Shown here: positions 56,304-64,000 of the stretch, one piece after another | Numbering within the stretch: the stretch's first letter is position 1 | Layout of the letters: each line of letters opens with the position of its first letter | NCBI RefSeq assembly: GCF_009914755.1 | Contig: NC_060935.1 | Direction: 5' to 3' (one strand) | DNA length: 64,000 nt | Source of the DNA: the human T2T-CHM13v2.0 reference genome, Homo sapiens | Notes under the pieces: generated by a model | Database searches by the model: none | Seen by the model: the letters and a program-made list of their open reading frames with translations, nothing else | Told to the model about the DNA's origin: nothing | Translations under genes and position numbers: made by a program

Positions 56304-57124
56304 ACCATCTCGGCTTTTAGTAGAGATAGGGTTTCACCATGTTGGCCAGGATGGTCTTGATCTCCTGACCTCGTGATCCATCCGCCTCAGTCTCCCCAAA
56401 GTGCTGGGATTACAGGTATGAGCCACCATGCGTAAATATATATATATATTTACATATATATCTCATATATATGTCAGATGGTGCTAAATATTAAAACAGG
56501 GTTAAGAGATGTAATGAAAATAAGCTAGGGTCAGCAGAGGGTTATGAGTTCAAAGAGATAGCAGGAATTAAGATCATTAAAGCCATGATATGAACTTTGA
56601 GTTTTATTCTGAGGAGAATGAGAAGAACTTGCAGATTTTTTTAATTAGTGTGACATGATCTAATATTGCTTAAGCTGCAATATTAGATCATATCACACTA
56701 ATTAAAAAAAAAAAACTTGGGAAGCCAACTGTGAAAATTAGATTATGGCAATATTCTAGGTGAGCCCAAGGGCTTGGACTAGGGTGGTAATGGGAGTGGT
56801 GGGAAGTAGATTCTGGATATATTTTGAAGGTAGAGCCAACAGTATTTGCTTAAAGATTGAATGTATTATGTAAGAGAGGAGTCACGAATGAACTCTTGGC
56901 TGGGTGTGATGGTGTATGCCTGCAGTCCCAGCTATTCAGGAAGCTGAGGTGGGAGGATCACTTGAGCCCAGGAGTTTGAGGCTGCAGTGAACTATGAATG
57001 CACCACTGTACTCCAGCCTGGGAAACAGAGTGAGGCCCTATCTCTTAAAAAAATAAGTTTTGGCTGGGCGTGATGGCTCACGCCTGTAATTGCAGCACTT
57101 TGGGAGGCCGAGGCGTGGGGATCA

Positions 57125-57331
<207 letters not shown>

Positions 57332-57337
57332 TCAAAA

Positions 57338-57376
<39 letters not shown>

Positions 57377-58759
57377 GTAAATCATTCTTTATTTGTTCTT
57401 TTTTTTTTTTAAACTCCTTTTTAGGAAGGAATTGCTATATACCTAGATGGGGAAAACTGATGACTCATCTTTAAATGAGATTCTTCCCAGTTATTTGTGG
57501 ATTTTCATGTTGGAGAGTGGTCAAGCTAGCAGAAATTTCTTTCATGATTCAGGGTTGTGGGAACCACTGTAACCCTGACAGTGAAAATCAGGCATTATAG
57601 GGCTGTCAGAATGCCAGGTCTCTTTTTGTCCTTGCCACTCTGACAGACTGGTCCTACAAATCACTTCACTTAAGGAAGACACTCCAGTTAGCTCACTCAG
57701 ACCCTGCAGAAGCGGCCATCCTCCTGTATTCTCACTTTATATTCACTACCTTTTCAACTCTTTCACCTATTTTAGAATTAAGAGTTTGAGATGTCTCCTA
57801 GTTTTGTTGAAGCTGGAGTTTGCACTTCTGTTTCTCATTCTCTGTTGCTTTTGAGTGATTTCCAAGAGAAGAAATGACTTCATTATTCTGTCTCTAAACT
57901 AGAAGTACATATTAACTTTAACACCCAAATTACTATAGCTTGAATCCCCACTGGCTTGATTTCTAAACTTCAGCTTTCCACCCTACTCTCAGAAAGCATC
58001 CTCACCATTATTTCTGACACAGGAAAAACCCAAGCAATACCTCCTGTATGTTCCTCACAAGGTATGCCCACCACCATTACCGAACAGCACCTTTCCTGCT
58101 CTCTCCAACTCCCACAACTGCTGTTCATTGCTCTCAAAACTGCTTCAAGGGTTGGGCGTGGTGGCTCACACCTGTAATCCTAGCACTTTGGGAGACCGAG
58201 GTGGCTGGATCACTTCAGGTCATGGGTTCGAGGCCAGCCTGACCAACATGGAGAATCCCCATCTCTACTAAAGATACAAAATTAGCTGGGTGTGGTGGCA
58301 CATGCCTGTAATCCCAGCTATTTGGGAGGCTGAGGCAGGAGAATCACTTGAACCCAGGAGACGGAGGTTGCGGTGAGCCGAGATTGTGCCATTCACTGCA
58401 TTCCAGCCTGGGCAACAAGAGTGATGTTGGCCCTCCTAAGGCTGAAGTTTCATATGGCAATTTTCCCTGACAAGCTCTTCAAACCACATGAAGCCATTTC
58501 CACAAGAATTCATATATTAGAAATAAAAGATCTATCCAGAAAACTGAGGCCCACATAGCTAATGTAGTAAACTTGAAACTCAGCTTGAAGCTTGCAAACA
58601 GCTGAAGCCAAAGGAAAACACACAATTCAGAATAACCCATGTCTCTGGTTAAACTAGTGATGTGCTTTCTTTTATTCATTAAGCAGAATATTTCTTGATA
58701 TTAAGTTCCAAGTAGAACTGTTCATGTGGGCCTTTCCTGTCTGGAGTATTCTCCTTAAG

Positions 58760-58992
58760 CTTGTGGTTCTGAGCCAGAAATAATTTTGTGACCCACCCAC
58801 TTTCCCTGCCTTGGCCAGGGAACATTGGCAATATTGGGAGATATTTCTGTTTGTCACAACTGGGAGGCACTACTAGTATCTAGTGGGTAGACACCAGGGA
58901 TGCTGCTAACCATCCTTTGATGCACAGGACAGCCCCACACAGCAAGAATTATGTGGCCCAAATGTCAATAATGTTGAGATTGAGAAACCCTC
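58760..58992. mobile_element. MER20-like hAT element
   Basis: gggaacattggcaat...tctagtgggtagacaccagggatgctgctaa...ttgagaaaccct. Confidence 0.7.
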
Positions 58993-61363
58993 CCTTAAAC
59001 CCAGGTAAGATGGGCTCCTGCCTCAGGGGCCCATGCTTTAGAGGGCCCTGCATATCAAGAACACATGCATATTGATCCAAGAGCATGTGGGTCCCTCGGT
59101 CACTCAGGACCTGGCAGCACTGAGGACAGACATAGTGCAGCCTATAACTTTAAACATTTAACCTTGCGACTAGGAAAATTCTCCACATCTTTTGTCCTGT
59201 GTTCTTGAAACAAAAGATGACTGTCCAAATTCCAAGAAGTTTATGGGTTTTGCCACAGCTGATGTCAGAAATAGACATTGCTTCAGAGTATAGGAGAATT
59301 TGAGTGGCAGAAGCACTTTGGTAAGAGAAAAGACTAATTGATTTGTCAAATCTTTCTCATGATGGTGTAATGGATTCTTGCACAATGGAGAGTAAAAAGG
59401 GCTAACATTCAAATAATTGAGGGACTCCCTGCAAGAGAGAAAGGAGAGTATAAAGAAAACCAATTTGAAAAAAAATTTTAAGAGACAGAGTCTCACTATG
59501 TTGCTCAGGCTAGATTCAAACTCCTGGGCTCAAGTAATCCTTCCACGTCAGCCAAGTACCTGGAACTACAGGCATGTGCCACCATGCCTGGCTGAAAATC
59601 AAATTTTAAAAGAGATAATGGATGAGAATATTTCAAAACTGACAAAAGATGTCCCACCCACAGGTTTGAGAATCCCTACAAAACCTAAACAGGATAAAGA
59701 CAACAAAAACCACACCTAGGTGAGGGAAGGTGGTTCATCCTATAATCCCAGCACTTTGGGAGGCTGAGAGGGGAGGACTGCTTGTAGCCAGCAGTTCAAG
59801 AGCAGCCTGGGCAACATGGCAAGACTCCGTCTCTACAAAAAATAAAAAAAAATTAGCCAAGTGTAGCCAGGTGCACGCCTGTAGTCCCGCTGCCCAAGAG
59901 ACTGAGGCAGGAGGATCTCTTGAGCCCAGGAGTTCAAGGATGCAGTGAGCTATGATTGTGCCACTGCACTCTAGCTTGGTGACAAAATGAGACTCTGTCT
60001 CAAAAACAACAACAAAACAACACAACAAAGGAAAATCACACCTAGGCATATTATAGGAAAAATGCCATGAACCAAATACAAGAAGAAAAATAAATGCAGA
60101 GAAAAAAGATGCATTATAATTAAGGGAATAAAAACAGGACAACTGACGTTTTTTTGTGTGTGTGTTTTTTTGTTTTTTTTTTTTTTGGTTTTTTTTTTGA
60201 GACAGAGAGCCTTGCTCTGTCAGCCAGGCTGCAGCGCAGTGGCGTGACCATGGTTACTGCAACCCTGACCTTCAAGGCTCAAGCAATCCTCCCACCTCAG
60301 CCCCGACTACTTGGGACCATAGGCAAACGTCACCATGCCCGGTTACTTTTTTATATTTTTTTGTAGAGACAGGGTCTCACTTTGTTGCCCAGGCTGGTTC
60401 GCACCCCTGGGCTCAAGTGATCCACCTGCCTCGGCTTCCCGAAGTGCTGGGATTACAGGTGCGAGCCACCATGCCAAGCCAGGACAACCGACTTCTGAAC
60501 AGAAGCAAAGGAAGCCAGAAACTTCCTAGGGGACAGAGCCAGACCCCCATCTCTAAATAAATAAAATAAAAATAAAATGTAGTGATACCTTCAAAGCACT
60601 GAAAAAAAATTAAAATAACCACCAACTCAGAATCCTATACCCAGTGAAAATATTCTTCAAGAATAAAAGCAAAGAAATTTGTGTTGGCCAACCCACGCAG
60701 GACATATGATCATTGAGAGAAGGGAAGCACACGAGGAGAGTCCTACATTCAACCCAGATTTCTTCCTTAGGCCACTTCCAAACCACTGCAAAGGAAACAA
60801 GTCCAAACTGAAGTGGCAACAATCTCAGTGGGCAGAAGAAACAGAGCTCAGCATTGAGGGCTGTCAAGGTGACTAGGATTTGAAGGAAAGAGTACTGGAG
60901 ACAAAGGAACTCTAGAGTCCCCCAAATCTGTACAAAGATACCCACTTGGGTCCTTGGCTGACTGCTAGGCATATGAACAGGGTGCAACTATAGGAGTCTA
61001 TCAAAGAACAGCTGCTTGGAGTCAAATCGCTGCTGAGCAGCTTCTTGGGCTCTCAGCTGCAGCTTTTGGGCTAGACAATCCACCTGAGGAGAAAAGTGGC
61101 ATCAAATGCTGAGCTCACACCCCCTACCTTTCTCCCTTTCCTCTGGATCTTGGCTCCACAAATTTTCACTCTGTTGATAGCAGTGCTTCAAATGCTTTCC
61201 AATGCTTCAAATATGTTTTTTTAAAATCTTAGCCTGCTTTTCTCCTTGTTCTCAGTGGAAAAGTTGGTTCAAAGCATTCTTGTCACCATTGATAAAAGCA
61301 GAATGCTTTTTTTCTATAATACATTTTGAAGGCTGGGTACGGTGGCTTGCACCTGTAATCTCA

Positions 61364-61477
<114 letters not shown>

Positions 61478-62084
61478 CTAAATAAATAAAAATAAAACAT
61501 TTTGGAGAGAAAATTTTAAAAGCCTAAATAAATGAATGGATTAGGATTCCATGCTCAAGGATTAGAAGACTCAGTATTGTAGAGATGTAGTTTGCCCCAA
61601 AGTCATCTAAATGCAATGCAGCTCAGTTTTTCAAAATCCAATTGGAAGTGATGGGGGAGACTTAGCAAGCTGGCTCTGAAATTTATGAGGAAATGCAAAG
61701 ACCAAAATTAACCAAGCACTTGTGAAGAATAAGAACAAGAGAGATAGAAGCCTTGCTCTCCTGGGTATCAAAACTTACTATGAAGCTCCAGTAATTAAAA
61801 TATTATGATATTGGCATACTAGACAAATAGACAATGAAATAGAAAAAAAAGAGCCTAGAAATAGATTCGCACACATATATATTTGATTTATGATAAGGTG
61901 GCATTCTACAGCAGTAGGAAGTAATAGATTTTTCAGTAAGCTGGATATCTATTTGGAAAAAATGAAACCTGATACCCACTTCATACCTTACCTAAAAATC
62001 AATTCCTGGTAAACTGTAAATCTGTGAAAGACAAAACAATAAAGATCCTAGAACATCTCATAGGAGAACATTCTTATGACTTAA

Positions 62085-62273
<189 letters not shown>

Positions 62274-62562
62274 TAGTAGAGATGAGGTTTCACCATGTTG
62301 GTCAGGCTGGTCTCAAACTCCTGATCTCAGGTGATTTGCCTGCCTCAGCCTCCCAAAGTGCTGGGATTACAGGCATGCACCACCACACCCAGCCAGTACA
62401 GGACTTTTTAAATAGAATACAAAACCCCACAAACTAGAAAGGGAAAAATTATCAACTCTACTACCTTAAAATTAGTAATGTCTATTCATCAAGACACCAT
62501 GAAGAGAGTGGAAAAGCAAGCCACAGAGGGGAGAAGATATTTACATACAATCCCTAAGAGAC

Positions 62563-63040
62563 TGTGGGGCAGATACTTCCCATGCTCCACCTCACATCCT
62601 CTCGGCCACTTTTTCCTCTGCTATGGCTATCGCTCCTGCAAGATGGCATCTTCACCCTGTGCCCCAGGGCTTCTCAGTGGCCCCAGTGTGGGGTTCATGT
62701 GGGAATCACTCACACGTGTATGATCTGGAAAAGTGAGGGGCTTAACACCCCACGGGGACCCCTTGGTCAAAAGGGGCCCTGAGCTAGAGGATAAGTGCTC
62801 CCTTCTTTCATTCTCAAGTGGATAATTTTGAGGTGCATTTTACATGGCCCCTTAGAAGGAAGGTCTCAGTGAGACTGAGTCCAAGTTTCCCACAACAGTG
62901 ACCAGCTCTGGAGAAGCCCCTCTTCGGTTGGTTTCCTCTCATTTCCTTTCCACTGTGATTCCCTAGGACATTCCCAAATAAATGTTCTGCCTGCAAGCCC
63001 TGGCCTCAGGCTCTGTTTTCTGGTGGTAACCCCGGTTACC
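62563..63040 (+). mobile_element. ERVL-class LTR (LTR16/LTR33-like)
   Basis: tgtgggg start; cccaaataaa...cctcaggctctgttttctg 3' end. Confidence 0.55.
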
Positions 63041-63259
63041 CTAGAAATCTAGAATCCCTACAAATCACTAAGAAAAAGATATGCAACTCAATAGAAAAAT
63101 GTCAAGACATGACAGGCTTTACAAAAAAGGAAACCCAAGTGGTCAAGGAACATTTAAAAAGCTGCTTGACTCTGTTAATGGTCAGGAAGATGCTAGTTAA
63201 GCTTACTTCATACTCATCAAAATGGCTAAAATTTTAAAATAATGAAAAGTTTTGGTGGG

Positions 63260-63785
63260 TATATTGTCTACCACTGTGTGACAAATTACCTCAAAACTTG
63301 ATGGCCTAAAACAACAAACATTTATTATCTCACCATTTCCACATGTCAGGAATCGGGGCTTAGCTGAGTGTCTCTGGCTCAGGGTCTCCCAAAAAGCTGT
63401 AATGGAGGTGTGAGCTAGGACTGCAGTCACCCAAGACTTGACTGGGGGGATAACTCACTTGCAAGTTCGCTCAGGTGATTGTGGCAGGTCTCAGGTCCTC
63501 ACTGGTTGTGGTCAGGTGTCCGTTCCTTGCTGGGTAGACCTCCTTCCACTAGCTCACTACAGGGCTTCCCTCGCAGTAAGCAGGTGAGGATGCAAGGGAG
63601 AGTGCCCAAGATAGAGGCCTTTTTGTAACCTCATCTTGAAAGTGACATCCATTACCTTCTGGCACATCCTATGCAGTAGAAGTGAGTTACTATCTCCAGC
63701 CCACACCTAAGAAGAGGAGATTACACAGGGTGTGAACACCAAGAGGTGAGGATCTTTGGGGCCATTTCAGAAGCTGGCTGCCACA
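63260..63785 (-). mobile_element. MLT1-type MaLR LTR
   Basis: acaaattacctcaaaact...aaaacaacaaacatttattatctcac is the reverse complement of the MLT1 3' end. Confidence 0.75.
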
Positions 63786-64000
63786 GTGAGGAGGGACAAC
63801 AACTCATATAGTGATGGTGGGAGCATAAATTAGTACCACTATGTTGGAAAACAATTTGGCATTTTCTACCTCATGTGAAGATATGCTTATCCTCTGACAT
63901 AGCACCTCTACACTTAGCATGCACACCAACAGACATGCATAGAAATATTAATAGCAGCATTATTTGTAATAGCAATATTACAGTAATGCTATTGTAATAG

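Overview
Primate (almost certainly human) genomic DNA, roughly half transposable-element derived. One complete protein-coding gene is present on the + strand: C11orf58/SMAP (small acidic protein), 5 coding exons (34158-34220, 39980-40063, 43476-43536, 48164-48273, 50250-50483) splicing to 183 aa. It is driven from a CpG-island promoter with a back-to-back pair of ZNF143/THAP11-type motifs. A divergent minus-strand spliced transcript can be built from the sequence (exons ~33860-33804, 31851-31718, 10295-10220); from recalled synteny it is probably the far-upstream 5'UTR of SOX6, and it carries spliced uORFs. The rest is Alu/L1/L2/MIR/LTR/DNA-transposon sequence, including a near full-length dead L1PA, a near full-length Charlie3 hAT fossil with its MER1A derivative, and a truncated U3 snoRNA retrocopy. 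The most unusual structure is a 2.55-kb composite (ERV1-like leader + CT microsatellite + MaLR LTR end + L1 3' end) bounded by one perfect 18-bp target-site duplication, suggesting a multi-template chimeric retrotransposition. Nearly all short ORFs in the supplied track are repeat artefacts. Repeat boundaries and subfamily names were read by eye and are approximate. I see no firm evidence for a wholly new biological system; the findings are testable hypotheses.
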